Assembly (NCBI GenBank): GCA_023229505.1
Contig: JALNZD010000016.1
Span: 1,604-65,603, forward strand
Source: Bacteroidales bacterium
Lineage (GTDB): Bacteria > Bacteroidota > Bacteroidia > Bacteroidales > JAGOPY01
DNA: 64,000 nt
Reading direction: 5' to 3'
The notes beneath the pieces were generated by a model, which ran no database searches, had not been told where the DNA came from, and saw nothing but the letters and a program-made list of their open reading frames with translations. The translations under genes were made by a program, and so were the position numbers. Positions 9,409 through 19,330 of the stretch are shown here, in pieces (the first letter of the stretch is position 1; each line of letters opens with the position of its first letter).

Positions 9409-9651
9409 ATGCGAAACAAACTCTTCACCACCAAGCCCATCCACGATATTTTACAGGAATCGGAAAAAAAGGAAGGGCTTAAAAGGACACTCACAGCCAC
9501 TAACCTAACAACACTCGGCATCGGAGCCATTATCGGGGCCGGGATTTTCGTCATCACCGGGCAGGCGGCAGCACAGTACGCCGGGCCGGCTATCCTGATA
9601 TCCTTTGTTATATCAGGAGTGGCCTGCGCTTTTGCCGGCCTCTGCTATGCT
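9409..9651 (+). pseudogene. N-terminal remnant (about 81 aa) of an APC/CAT-type amino acid permease
   Basis: MRNKLFTTKPIHDIL...TLGIGAIIGAGIFVITGQAAAQYAGPAILISFVISGVACAFAGLCYA aligns to residues 1-81 of the intact permease at 9930-11498. Homology then breaks abruptly. Confidence 0.8.
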
Positions 9652-9877
9652 GTATCGCCGGCATATTGCAGCGATGCTATCTTCTCCACGTAATCCTTCC
9701 AGAACAATCTTGATTTTCTCTTCTGAGGAATAGATGCGACGGGTTTGCCGCTTAATGTCTTTGATAACTGTCGCTTCAGTCTGTTTTTTCTTACTTACCA
9801 TCTTTGTGGGATTTTAGGGTTGATTTATTACTTGGTTTCCCAATATCCCACCTTAAATTTACTCTCAAATTAGTCCA
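9652..9877 (-). mobile_element. IS3-family element stub: left end plus first ~50 codons of orfA (HTH_Tnp_1-like)
   Basis: The ORF starts at 9801: MVSKKKQTEATVIKDIKRQTRRIYSSEEKIKIVLEGLRGEDSIAAICRRYSI, then runs into antisense permease sequence. A putative terminal sequence TGGACTAATTTGAGAG (minus strand) ends at about 9877. Confidence 0.6.
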
Positions 9878-9929
9878 CTTGTGGCTGAAACAAAGAGATT
9901 CAGGGACTTTCGAAATTTCATGCCTTCAC

Positions 9930-11498
9930 TCATTTTCTTGGCTTATGAATATCGGAACCCTCTTTTGCTTGTTTCCGTGCAATATTGAGCTTGCTATGCT
10001 TGTAACTATAGAAGTAATAGATCAGTACTCCAATTATCAGCCAGATAATCAGTCGAAACCATGTAGCCATTGGAAGTGCTATCATCTGAACTAAGCACAC
10101 TCCTGCTCCTAGTATCGGAACAACAGGAACCCAGGGAGTTTTAAACGGACGATGAATATCGGGTCTGGTTTTTCTGAGAACGATGATACTTATGCAAACA
10201 ATGGCGAAGGCAAATAAGGTACCTATAGAAACCAGTTCGCTTAAAATTGACATAGGTAAAATACCGGCAATAATCATGGCCACAAATCCTGTGAGTAAAG
10301 TGCTGACAAATGGAGTTTTAAAACGCGGATGCACTTTTGAAAAGACAGGTGGTAACAGACCATCTTTAGCCATGAAAAAAAATATCCTAGGCTGGCCCAG
10401 CAAGTGAACCAGTATGACAGAACCCAAGCCTGCGAGAGCGGCAATCTTGATTATCGGTCGAAACCAAAACATTTTCTGCCCCATGGCATTGACACCAACA
10501 GCCATCGGATCAGCGACATTCAATTGGGAGTAGCTGACAATCCCGGTAAGAACAATAGCTACCAGGATATATAAGACTGTAGAAATACCTAACGATCCCA
10601 TGATTCCAATAGGCATATCACGCTGGGGATGTTTAGCTTCCTGAGCAGCTGTTGAAACTGCATCGAAGCCAATATAGGCAAAAAATATCACTCCGGCCGC
10701 ACGGAATATACCCGACCAGCCAAAATTTCCAAATCCCCCGGTATTTGGCGGTATGAAAGGATGCCAGTTAACATTTTTTACAAAGTAAAATCCTGTAATG
10801 ATAAACAAAATGATCACACCCACTTTGACGATAACCATGATATCATTTAATATTGCCGATTCCCTGATACCACGGACCAGTGCCATTGTAAGAATGGCGA
10901 TAATGAACATGGCAGGCAGATTACAGATAGCCTGGACATGCTGAAGTGAGTCCGCGTTTATCCCTTTGCTCACCAGATCTTGCAGGAGTGATGGGGTTTC
11001 AGGTTTCCACCCTAAATCAGGAACATTTATCAGTGTTGTGCCGGTAGGGGCTGAAAGAAAAGCAGGTATATGAACATTGAAATCAGCCAAGAAACTCACC
11101 AGGTAACCCGACCATCCAACCGAAACAGCAGAGCATGCAAAAAGATATTCAACGATTAGATCCCAGCCAATGATCCAGGCAATAAACTCACCCAGTGTTG
11201 CATAGGCATAAGTATAAGCGCTTCCGGCAACCGGGATCATCGAAGCAAATTCAGCATAACATAAACCTGCAAAGGCACAAGCTACTCCGGAAATAAGGAA
11301 TGAGATCACAATAGCAGGGCCGGCATACATCGCAGCTGCCTGTCCTGTTATTACGAAGATTCCTGCGCCGATGATGGCCCCAATGCCTAAAGTAGTCAGG
11401 TTAGTCGCAGTTAATACGCGCTTAAAGCCATGTTCGACTTGATCAGACTCTTTTAGGATCTGGTTTATTGGTTTAATACTGAAAAGATCTTTGAACAT
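9930..11498 (-). CDS. intact APC/CAT-type amino acid permease, homolog of the disrupted flanking gene
   Basis: 523 aa counted from MFKDLFSIKPINQ. It is full length and polytopic. It shares roughly 60-75 percent aa identity (by eye) with the flanking remnants but uses different, AT-richer codons. Confidence 0.85.
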   Translation of the reverse strand: MFKDLFSIKPINQILKESDQVEHGFKRVLTATNLTTLGIGAIIGAGIFVITGQAAAMYAGPAIVISFLISGVACAFAGLCYAEFASMIPVAGSAYTYAYATLGEFIAWIIGWDLIVEYLFACSAVSVGWSGYLVSFLADFNVHIPAFLSAPTGTTLINVPDLGWKPETPSLLQDLVSKGINADSLQHVQAICNLPAMFIIAILTMALVRGIRESAILNDIMVIVKVGVIILFIITGFYFVKNVNWHPFIPPNTGGFGNFGWSGIFRAAGVIFFAYIGFDAVSTAAQEAKHPQRDMPIGIMGSLGISTVLYILVAIVLTGIVSYSQLNVADPMAVGVNAMGQKMFWFRPIIKIAALAGLGSVILVHLLGQPRIFFFMAKDGLLPPVFSKVHPRFKTPFVSTLLTGFVAMIIAGILPMSILSELVSIGTLFAFAIVCISIIVLRKTRPDIHRPFKTPWVPVVPILGAGVCLVQMIALPMATWFRLIIWLIIGVLIYYFYSYKHSKLNIARKQAKEGSDIHKPRK

Positions 11499-11744
11499 AA
11501 GGTGCGTGTTAAAATTGGAATTAAAGGTAAAAATAAAATGTTTGGACACAAACAAGCAAAAAGAGTGAAATTATTTCATTCTTCTTATTTGGCGTTTCAA
11601 TTATGGTGTTTACATTATTCTATTTGTTATTTCATAAAGAAATTCCCTATTATGAAAAAATCCATAATGATTTTATGATTCCTTTTCACACTAATTTTAA
11701 AAATGACTTTTTGGAAAAATAACACCTACTTTATTAAAACCAAC

Positions 11745-12032
11745 CTAATCAAAAGCATACATAAGTTTTCTAGCATCTAAATTAAAAACATACTTTTCCC
11801 TTTGTGATATAATTAACCTTAATTCTTTTTGACCCGGATGAATTTTTACAACAATAAACTTATCTTGTTTATTCTTGAAATATCCGCTTACCTGTAAAAC
11901 ATCTACTACTTTTTGAACTTCCGGGGATTCATTTTCAACCTCCTTGTTTACACATTTAAATTTACTATAAAGTGTCCACGAAGGTCTGAAGGTTCTACAT
12001 ATAAATTTTAAAAATATAACATTCACCACCAC
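11745..12032 (-). CDS. hypothetical small ORF inside the inserted segment
   Basis: The only support is an open frame in AT-rich DNA. No motif was recognised. Confidence 0.2.
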   Translation of the reverse strand: MVVNVIFLKFICRTFRPSWTLYSKFKCVNKEVENESPEVQKVVDVLQVSGYFKNKQDKFIVVKIHPGQKELRLIISQREKYVFNLDARKLMYAFD

Positions 12033-12039
12033 TAAAATA

Positions 12040-12231
12040 ATGATTAGGGATCCGATCCGAACCCCATGGGTACCCCTGGTCCCGATACTTGGTACAGCTG
12101 TCTGCCTGGCACAAATGGTCGCCCTTCCGTTTGATACCTGGCTCCGGTTGCTGATCTGGATGGGTATCGGGTTTCTGATCTATTTTACTTACAGCGTCAA
12201 CCATAGCAAATTCCATAAACCGGGGTTATAA
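12040..12231 (+). pseudogene. C-terminal remnant (about 63 aa) of the disrupted permease
   Basis: IRDPIRTPWVPLVPILGTAVCLAQMVALPFDTWLRLLIWMGIGFLIYFTYS aligns to the C-terminus of the intact copy (FKTPWVPVVPILGAGVCLVQMIALPMATWFRLIIW). Confidence 0.8.
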
Positions 12232-12244
12232 AATTTCTCCTTTT

Positions 12245-12273
12245 GACCGGGTATATTTTTCATTTTTCCGGAT
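12245..12273 (+). repeat. 29-bp dispersed motif, copy 1 (GACCGGGTATATTTTTCATTTTTCCGGAT)
   Basis: Identical 29-mer to 20191-20219. It starts 14 bp after a stop codon and ends 9 bp before the next ATG. Confidence 0.9.
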
Positions 12274-12282
12274 CAATCGGTA

Positions 12283-13266
12283 ATGAAAGACCGGATCAAA
12301 GATTATTTTGCCTTTAACCGGAAAGAACAGCGGGGTTTGATCATCCTGCTGGGCCTGTTGCTATTATCTGTATTGATCAATCTTTTCCTTCCACAACTGG
12401 TCCCGGAAAAGGAGTACGACATTGCCCCTTTTCAAATTGCAGTATCAACTTTCATTGCATCCATTGATAAACTTGACTCAACAGAAAAGATAAAACCACA
12501 AAAATTTTCTGATAATTATTCAAAAGATGAGGGCGCTGATCTTAGCTCCTTCATTGCATCTCCTTTTAATTTCGATCCGAATGATTTAAACGAACAACAA
12601 TGGGTTAATATGGGCATAGGAGCCAAAATCGCCCGCAATATCCTTCGTTATCGCGAAAAGGGAGGGACTTTCCGTGATAAAAAAGGTCTTGGCAGGATCT
12701 ATGGTATGAATGATTCAGTCTTTGCAATCCTTGAGCCATATGTCCGGATTAAAGAAATGGAGAAAGCACCGTCATCATCTTATATTAATAATAATGATAA
12801 TAAAAACTACACAAAACCAGGCAATAACTTCACAAAATATAAACCGGATACGCTTATCATCGAACTGAATTCGACTGATTCTGCATCACTACTCGCCTGC
12901 CATGGCATCGGGCCATCATATGCAGGCAGGATCATCAGGTACCGTGAGCTTTTGGGCGGGTTTACCAGCGTTGAGCAGCTCATGGAAATAAGAGGCATGG
13001 ATAGCATTCGCTACAACCAGTTCAGGGGGCAGATCACCGTTAACCCGCAGCAGGTTAGAAAGATCGACCTGAATAGTGTAACCTTTAAAGAATTGTTAAG
13101 ACATCCATACTTTGAATATTACCTGGTCAAGGCTGTTTTCAATTTCAAAGATGAAATTAAAGCCTATGATTCTGTCGGACAGATTAGGACAATACCTGTC
13201 ATGTACGAGGAATTGTACGAAAAGATAGCACCGTACCTGGATGTCAAACCGTCTGCAGGAAAATAA
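12283..13266 (+). CDS. ComEA-like helix-hairpin-helix repeat protein
   Basis: N-terminal TM helix and three HhH-type repeats (for example LLACHGIGPSYAGRIIRYRELLGGF). Confidence 0.7.
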   Translation: MKDRIKDYFAFNRKEQRGLIILLGLLLLSVLINLFLPQLVPEKEYDIAPFQIAVSTFIASIDKLDSTEKIKPQKFSDNYSKDEGADLSSFIASPFNFDPNDLNEQQWVNMGIGAKIARNILRYREKGGTFRDKKGLGRIYGMNDSVFAILEPYVRIKEMEKAPSSSYINNNDNKNYTKPGNNFTKYKPDTLIIELNSTDSASLLACHGIGPSYAGRIIRYRELLGGFTSVEQLMEIRGMDSIRYNQFRGQITVNPQQVRKIDLNSVTFKELLRHPYFEYYLVKAVFNFKDEIKAYDSVGQIRTIPVMYEELYEKIAPYLDVKPSAGK

Positions 13267-13302
13267 TTCTTATCATTGCTGCCTGATCCCTAGTAAAATT
13301 CT

Positions 13303-14763
13303 ATGACAAAAATCGGCCGGATATTCAGCAATTTCCCAAGGGCCTTCTGGGTTGCCAACACCATGGAGCTTTTTGAACGATGGGCGTGGTACGGGATGTT
13401 CCTCGTCCTCCCTCTCTACCTGACTGGTTCAACCGACACAGGAGCGCTGGGCTTTTCCCAGGCGCAGAAAGGCCTGCTCACCGGTACCGTCGTCATGATC
13501 CTCTACTTTCTTCCAACCTTTACAGGCGCTATTGCTGATAGATTCGGCTATAAGAAAATCCTTATCCTTGCTTATATCATTCTTATAACCGGTTATTACA
13601 TGATGGGTGTGGTAAGAAGCTACACCGCACTCTGGTTTGTTTTTCTTTACCTGGGTGTCGGAGCTGGATTGTTCAAGCCGGTCATTTCTGCCACCATTCG
13701 TAAAAGCACTAACGACAAAACGTCATCTATCGGCTTTGGCATCTTTTACATGATTGTCAATATCGGCGCTTTTGTCGGCCCCATTTTCGCGTCCAAATTG
13801 CGGGAAGTGAGCTGGGACCTGGTTTTTATCATGTCGGCAGCTGTAATTGGCATCAACCTTTTGCTGGTACTTTTCATTTTCCGGGAACCGCCATTGGAAA
13901 GGAAAAGCGAACCGCTGATGAAGTCAATCGTCAATATCTTCCGTAACATCGGTTCCGCGCTCAGTGATCTCAGGCTGCTCATTTTCCTCATCATCATCAT
14001 TGGTTTCTGGGCCATGTACAACCAGCTTTTCTATACCCTGCCGGTTTTTATAGATCAGTGGCTCGACACCTCCCCTATTTACAATATATTGGATTCTGTT
14101 TCACCGTCATTGGCCAGGGCTATCGGCACTGAAAAAGGGACGATCGCCCCGGAAATGCTTACCAATATCGATGCTTTTTACATCGTAGTTTTCCAGGTAC
14201 TGGTTTCCAGCCTGGTGATGCGCTTCAAACCGCTGAAAACCATGCTGGCCGGCATTTTTATCTGTGCCATCGGTATCGGGCTCTGGTTCGTTACGCTGAA
14301 CCCTTTCTTCCTTTTCCTGTCTATTCTGATCTTTGCTTTTGGCGAAATGACCAGTTCTCCCAAGATCCTGGAATACGTTGGCCGGATTGCGCCGGAAGAC
14401 AAGGTCGCTTTGTACATGGGCTGTTATTTTATTCCGATGGCAGGAGGAAATTTCCTGGCCGGCATCCTCTCGGGAAACGTTTACGGTCCCGTTGCAGACA
14501 AGATCACGCTTTTGCAGCGTGAGGTTGCCGCCAGGGGATTAAGTATCCCCGAAATTTCGGCCTCTTTTTCCCAGAATGAGTACGTTGCGCAAGCCGCAGC
14601 CCGGATGGGGATGACACCTCATGAACTGACACTCTTTCTTTGGAACACTTACCATCCTTCAAAAATCTGGATGATCTTCACCGGTATCGGCCTGCTGACC
14701 GTTGCGGCGTTATTTGTCTATAATTGGTTTTTAGGAAGAAATCCAGGGAAACAGGCTTATTGA
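13303..14763 (+). CDS. POT/PTR2-family di/tripeptide:proton symporter
   Basis: The signature NTMELFERWAWYGM corresponds to the ExxERFxYYG motif. The protein is a 486-aa MFS. Confidence 0.85.
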   Translation: MTKIGRIFSNFPRAFWVANTMELFERWAWYGMFLVLPLYLTGSTDTGALGFSQAQKGLLTGTVVMILYFLPTFTGAIADRFGYKKILILAYIILITGYYMMGVVRSYTALWFVFLYLGVGAGLFKPVISATIRKSTNDKTSSIGFGIFYMIVNIGAFVGPIFASKLREVSWDLVFIMSAAVIGINLLLVLFIFREPPLERKSEPLMKSIVNIFRNIGSALSDLRLLIFLIIIIGFWAMYNQLFYTLPVFIDQWLDTSPIYNILDSVSPSLARAIGTEKGTIAPEMLTNIDAFYIVVFQVLVSSLVMRFKPLKTMLAGIFICAIGIGLWFVTLNPFFLFLSILIFAFGEMTSSPKILEYVGRIAPEDKVALYMGCYFIPMAGGNFLAGILSGNVYGPVADKITLLQREVAARGLSIPEISASFSQNEYVAQAAARMGMTPHELTLFLWNTYHPSKIWMIFTGIGLLTVAALFVYNWFLGRNPGKQAY

Positions 14764-15602
14764 TCCCGTTTTCTGTAGATATGCCGGATTTCATGTATTT
14801 CTTGATCGGTAAGGGTAGTTTTCCAATAAGCGCCATCATCGTTTTCATCTTCATCTTCATTCCCATCATCATGCTTTTCTTCAAGTTCCCAGTCATAAAC
14901 CTTGCGCTGCGGGCCTTCTTTCCGGTAATAAAATGCCATTGAAATCCCTGCGACGAGGCCAAAGAGATGCGATTCCCACGAAATATTCTCTTCAGGGAAG
15001 AATTCAGGAAAAATGCCCCAGATCAGGCTGCCATATAGAAATACCACGATCAGCGCCATCGCCATCAGGCCCGCATGACGACGAAGTATCCCGCTGACAA
15101 GAATGAAGGCTGCGAGACCATAAACTATACCGCTCGCACCGATATGGCAGGCTTCTCTTCCGCCAATCCAAACCCAGAAACCTGTAAAAAGCCAGATCAA
15201 TACCAGGATACGAAATGCAATTTCCCGGTAAAAATAAAACAGCGCCGAACCCAGTATAATCATGGGAACTGAATTAGCGATGAGATGAGAAAAACCGCTG
15301 TGAATAAACGGTGTGGTGATTATTCCAACGAGGCCCTGCCATTTTAACGGATAGATGCCGAGGAAGGACAGATCGTACCCACCGATTGTCTGGATCAACC
15401 TGACGGCCCACATGATCAAAACTAACAGGGATGGGAAAACCAGGCTATGAATTATTCTTTTTTCGTCTTCTCTCATTATGAAAGGGAAACCTTGATATTG
15501 ATGCGTAAAGCTAATCAAACCGGCATTAAAAATATCATTTTGCCGGACATTCATTACAAAAATGGCTCCAATGTCATTATCTGACAAAAGCAACAAGGTC
15601 AT
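14757..15602 (-). CDS. rhomboid-family intramembrane serine protease
   Basis: FSHLIANS (HxxxN) and GASGIVYGL (GxSG) motifs. Its ATGA overlaps the upstream gene. Confidence 0.85.
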   Translation of the reverse strand: MTLLLLSDNDIGAIFVMNVRQNDIFNAGLISFTHQYQGFPFIMREDEKRIIHSLVFPSLLVLIMWAVRLIQTIGGYDLSFLGIYPLKWQGLVGIITTPFIHSGFSHLIANSVPMIILGSALFYFYREIAFRILVLIWLFTGFWVWIGGREACHIGASGIVYGLAAFILVSGILRRHAGLMAMALIVVFLYGSLIWGIFPEFFPEENISWESHLFGLVAGISMAFYYRKEGPQRKVYDWELEEKHDDGNEDEDENDDGAYWKTTLTDQEIHEIRHIYRKRDQ

Positions 15603-16618
15603 TCCGTTTTTTCAATCAGAATACTGACCGGCAGATGGTCGCTGAACCCATTGTTATAGCCAGGGCCTGAATAAGTGCGAAAAGGTTTATAACCGGTATA
15701 AGTCTCATCTGGCTCCATAAGAAAGCCGGCCCTGAATATCTCAGTTTTTTCGCTCACCAGTTTCAATCCATTATTTCCACTTATCAAGGAAGGTGAAACG
15801 AGGATCTGGTCAAAGACGCTCCAGCTCCCCTGGTGTTTTATCGTGCCTTCAATATCAGTCAATGAAGTTTTAACCGAAAGATTGATAAGGAGCGAATGAC
15901 TGTCCGCACCTTCATTCACCAATATTTTATTCAGGACCTGAAGGCTTTCATCTCCGGGTTCATCATTAAAATCGCCCATGATAATGATATTGGAAGAAGG
16001 GATTGAAGATAAAAACTGCTTTACAGACACCGCCAGCATACTGGCTGCCGCCAGTCGCTTTGCATTTGATCCGCCCGCACCGCCGTAACGGGAAGGCCAG
16101 TGATTAACGTAGACATGAATAGTGTCATTTTTCCATATCCTGCCTTTCACCAGCAGGATTTCCCGTGTAGCCTCACCTCCGGGCAAAGGAACTTTCAACC
16201 AGGCAGATGAATCCGGCTCGAAAATGTCCGGGCGGTAAAGCATAGCCACATCAATTCCTCTCGCATCGGGCGATTCCCGGTGAATGATATGATAGCCTAT
16301 CCTATTCAATGGCGTATCATAGATCAACCTGTTCAGCACGTCCCGGTTCTCGATTTCGCTTAGACCGATAACAGCCGGCATTTCTCCCTCACCCAGGGCC
16401 ACAATAGTCTGGTAAATACGGACAATTTTACGACGAAAACGTTCATTCGTCCAGTTCTTGTCACCTTCCGGTAAAAATTCCTCATCATTTGTCAGGGAAT
16501 CATTCCGGGTATCAAACAGGTTCTCCACATTGTAAAAGACAATTCGGGCCTGCTGAGCCTGCGTTTCAGCAATGATCAACCCAATCAATCCGGTCATAAG
16601 AAAAAATACTTTTTTCAT
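15599..16618 (-). CDS. secreted endonuclease/exonuclease/phosphatase (EEP) family protein
   Basis: Signal peptide, NVENLFD near the N-terminus, and the terminal SDHLPV motif. Confidence 0.8.
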   Translation of the reverse strand: MKKVFFLMTGLIGLIIAETQAQQARIVFYNVENLFDTRNDSLTNDEEFLPEGDKNWTNERFRRKIVRIYQTIVALGEGEMPAVIGLSEIENRDVLNRLIYDTPLNRIGYHIIHRESPDARGIDVAMLYRPDIFEPDSSAWLKVPLPGGEATREILLVKGRIWKNDTIHVYVNHWPSRYGGAGGSNAKRLAAASMLAVSVKQFLSSIPSSNIIIMGDFNDEPGDESLQVLNKILVNEGADSHSLLINLSVKTSLTDIEGTIKHQGSWSVFDQILVSPSLISGNNGLKLVSEKTEIFRAGFLMEPDETYTGYKPFRTYSGPGYNNGFSDHLPVSILIEKTE

Positions 16619-16666
16619 AACATTGAAATCATTTGAATGCTGAGTCTATCCCGAATAAGCATTTTT

Positions 16667-16758
16667 TGCCACCAAAGCACTAAAACACAAAAATTCACCA
16701 AGGTTATTTACTTAATAATCATTGTTTTGTGAAATTTGGTGTCTTGGTGTTTTTGTGG
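16667..16758. repeat. imperfect palindrome built from CACnAAAn / nTTTnGTG short units
   Basis: gccaccaaagcactaaaacacaaaaattcaccaagg ... ttgtgaaatttggtgtcttggtgtttttgtggc. Confidence 0.7.
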
Positions 16759-16805
16759 CATTTAAAGTTATCTGCCAGTAAGAGTAGACTCTACTCTTTA
16801 TATTT

Positions 16806-16833
16806 ATCCGGTTTTTATCAAAATATACCCGGT
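16806..16833 (-). repeat. 29-bp dispersed motif, copy 3 (inverted, variant centre)
   Basis: ATCCGG-TTTTTATC-AAAATATACCCGGT compared with the reverse complement of the 29-mer, ATCCGG-AAAAATGA-AAAATATACCCGGT. Both arms are conserved (20/29) and only the central 8 nt differ. Confidence 0.7.
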
Positions 16834-16958
16834 TGGAATAAAATATTTTCAAGGGTGCAACTCTTTTCAGTATCATTTGTCTTATGAATCATAGATTATG
16901 TATTCTAAAAGATGAATTCAATCATTAACTGCATAACAAATGCGCCTTTCGATCGTTT

Positions 16959-19328
16959 ATGCACGTATTAAACCAAACTATGAGGCTTAAACTAATTATT
17001 CTCCTGATCCTGTTTCCTATCATGACCATTTTTGCCGACGGAGAGTCAGACCCGTCTGTAAAACGTTACACGGTAAGTGGCCATGTGAAAGATGCTGAAA
17101 CAGGAGAAGACCTCTTTGGCGCGTCCATTCTCGTTGCTGAGATTGGCACGGGTTCTGTCGCGAATGAATATGGTTTTTACTCCGTAAGCCTTCCCAAAGG
17201 GCAATATTCCCTTAGTTTCTCATACACGGGTTATGAATCGCAGATTCATAATGTCACAGTTGAAAAAGATATTGTTCTGGACATTCAGTTAAATCCTCTT
17301 TCTCAAACCTTAAAAGAAATTGAGATAAAAGCTGAGCGAACCGATGCAAATGTCAAAGCTCCGGAAATGAGCATCGTAAAAATGGATGTAAAGACCATCA
17401 ACAAAATACCCGCCCTGATGGGTGAAGTAGATATTATCAAAGCGATCCAGCTTTTACCGGGGGTCCAGTCTGTCAGCGAAGGATCATCAGGATTCAGTGT
17501 CAGGGGTGGCAGCCCGGATCAGAACCTCATCCTGCTGGATGAAGCGACTGTTTATAACCCCTCACATTTCCTCGGTTTCTTTTCGGTTTTTAACAATAAT
17601 GCCATTAAGGATGTTAAATTATATAAAGGCGATTTGCCGGCACAATATGGGGGAAGGTTAGCATCGGTGCTCGATGTCAGGATGAAAGACGGGAATCAGA
17701 AAAAGTTTTCAGGAACAGGCGGTATTGGGCTGATATCCAGCAGGCTGACCATTGAAGGGCCGATCATCAAAGACAGGACCTCGTTTATTGTCTCAGGAAG
17801 AAGGACTTACGCTGACCTTTTCCTGCCACTTTCCAAAAATGAAGGCGCTCAGGATAGCCGCCTTTATTTCTACGATTTTAACGCAAAGATCAATCATACT
17901 TTTAATGAGAATAACAGGATTTATCTTTCGGGGTATTTCGGCAGGGATGTTTTCAAAAATCCTTTTGCAAATATGAAGCTGGGAAATTCTACGGCAACAG
18001 CCAGATGGAACCATTTGTTCTCACAAAGGCTTTTCAGTAATTTCACAACGATTTATTCCCGCTATGAATACGGCCTGGGAACGGCCAATGAGAGTGATCC
18101 CAATTCATTTCTATGGATTTCCAAACTTCAGGATTACCAGGTTAAAGGTGATTTCACTTACTACCCAACTACAAATCATACGTTGAGATTTGGTTTCAGC
18201 AGCATCCTGCACATTTTTGACCCTGGAAAAGCCAAAGGAACCGGTGATGAAAGCATGTTTACAGGATATGCACTTGACCGGACCCACGCATTGGAAAGCG
18301 GGGTTTATATCAGCAACGATCAGGATATAGGCAGCCGGCTGACCCTGAAATACGGTCTCCGTTTTTCCCTGTTTCAAAATGTCGGACCAGCCACAGTTTA
18401 CGGGTATGATCAATATTTCAAGCTGGCAGATTCCACCAAATACAGCCAGGGAGATTTTTATCACACTTACTCGGGTCTAGAGCCAAGACTTGGGATGACT
18501 TATGTTTTGGATGAGGTTTCTTCAGTAAAAGCAAGCTATTCTCACACATACCAATATTTGCAACTCGCTCAGAATTCAACGGCCGGAACCCCGCTCGACA
18601 TCTGGTTTGCCGCCAGCCCAAACGTTAAACCTCAGGTTTCCGACCAGGTTGCTGCCGGTTATTTCAGGAACCTAAGGCGGAATACCATTGAAACTTCGGT
18701 GGAAGTTTACTATAAAAGCATGCGTAACGCCATTGATTTTAAGGATCATGCAACGTTATTGCTCAATAAACAACTGGAAGGCGAATTGCGTTTTGGTAAA
18801 GCATGGGCTTATGGCATTGAGTTGATGATTGCAGTTCCTGAAGGACGATTGAACGGATGGGTCAGTTATACCTACTCCCGGACCTGGAGGAAATTCAAGG
18901 ACATCAACGATGGGAAAACTTATCCCGCGCCTTATGACTCGCCGCATGATGTATCTATAGTCATGAATTTTGAAGCCAGCCAGCGCATCAGTCTTTCAGC
19001 CAATTGGATTTATTCAACCGGAAAGCCGGTCACATTCCCCACCGGGAGAGCCGTCATCGATGGAGCCATAGTCCCCATCTATTCTGATCGGAATGCTTAC
19101 AGGATAAAAGACTATCACCGGTTAGACCTGTCAGTTACCTTGCACCAGAAACCCAACGACCACAGGTTCAAATGGGATTTGATCTTTTCAGTTTATAATG
19201 CTTATAACCGCCATAATACCTGGGCCATTAACTTTGTTCAGGACGTTCAAAACCCTTACAAAACCTACGCTGAAATGACTTACCTGTTCGGTGTCATACC
19301 GGCTGTTACTTTTAACTTCAGATTTTAA
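16959..19328 (+). CDS. TonB-dependent receptor with N-terminal carboxypeptidase-regulatory-like domain
   Basis: YTVSGHVKDAETGEDLFGASI (CarbopepD_reg-like), a plug region, and a C-terminal beta-barrel ending in F. The likely true start is MRLKL at 16980. Confidence 0.9.
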   Translation: MHVLNQTMRLKLIILLILFPIMTIFADGESDPSVKRYTVSGHVKDAETGEDLFGASILVAEIGTGSVANEYGFYSVSLPKGQYSLSFSYTGYESQIHNVTVEKDIVLDIQLNPLSQTLKEIEIKAERTDANVKAPEMSIVKMDVKTINKIPALMGEVDIIKAIQLLPGVQSVSEGSSGFSVRGGSPDQNLILLDEATVYNPSHFLGFFSVFNNNAIKDVKLYKGDLPAQYGGRLASVLDVRMKDGNQKKFSGTGGIGLISSRLTIEGPIIKDRTSFIVSGRRTYADLFLPLSKNEGAQDSRLYFYDFNAKINHTFNENNRIYLSGYFGRDVFKNPFANMKLGNSTATARWNHLFSQRLFSNFTTIYSRYEYGLGTANESDPNSFLWISKLQDYQVKGDFTYYPTTNHTLRFGFSSILHIFDPGKAKGTGDESMFTGYALDRTHALESGVYISNDQDIGSRLTLKYGLRFSLFQNVGPATVYGYDQYFKLADSTKYSQGDFYHTYSGLEPRLGMTYVLDEVSSVKASYSHTYQYLQLAQNSTAGTPLDIWFAASPNVKPQVSDQVAAGYFRNLRRNTIETSVEVYYKSMRNAIDFKDHATLLLNKQLEGELRFGKAWAYGIELMIAVPEGRLNGWVSYTYSRTWRKFKDINDGKTYPAPYDSPHDVSIVMNFEASQRISLSANWIYSTGKPVTFPTGRAVIDGAIVPIYSDRNAYRIKDYHRLDLSVTLHQKPNDHRFKWDLIFSVYNAYNRHNTWAINFVQDVQNPYKTYAEMTYLFGVIPAVTFNFRF

Positions 19329-19330
19329 TC

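Noticed and set aside
12245-12273. 29-bp motif as a Rho-independent terminator or a standard Bacteroidota promoter
   Set aside because: Its self-complementarity is only about 4-5 bp with a 15-nt loop. It also lacks the TAnnTTTG -7 element with proper TTTG -33 spacing.
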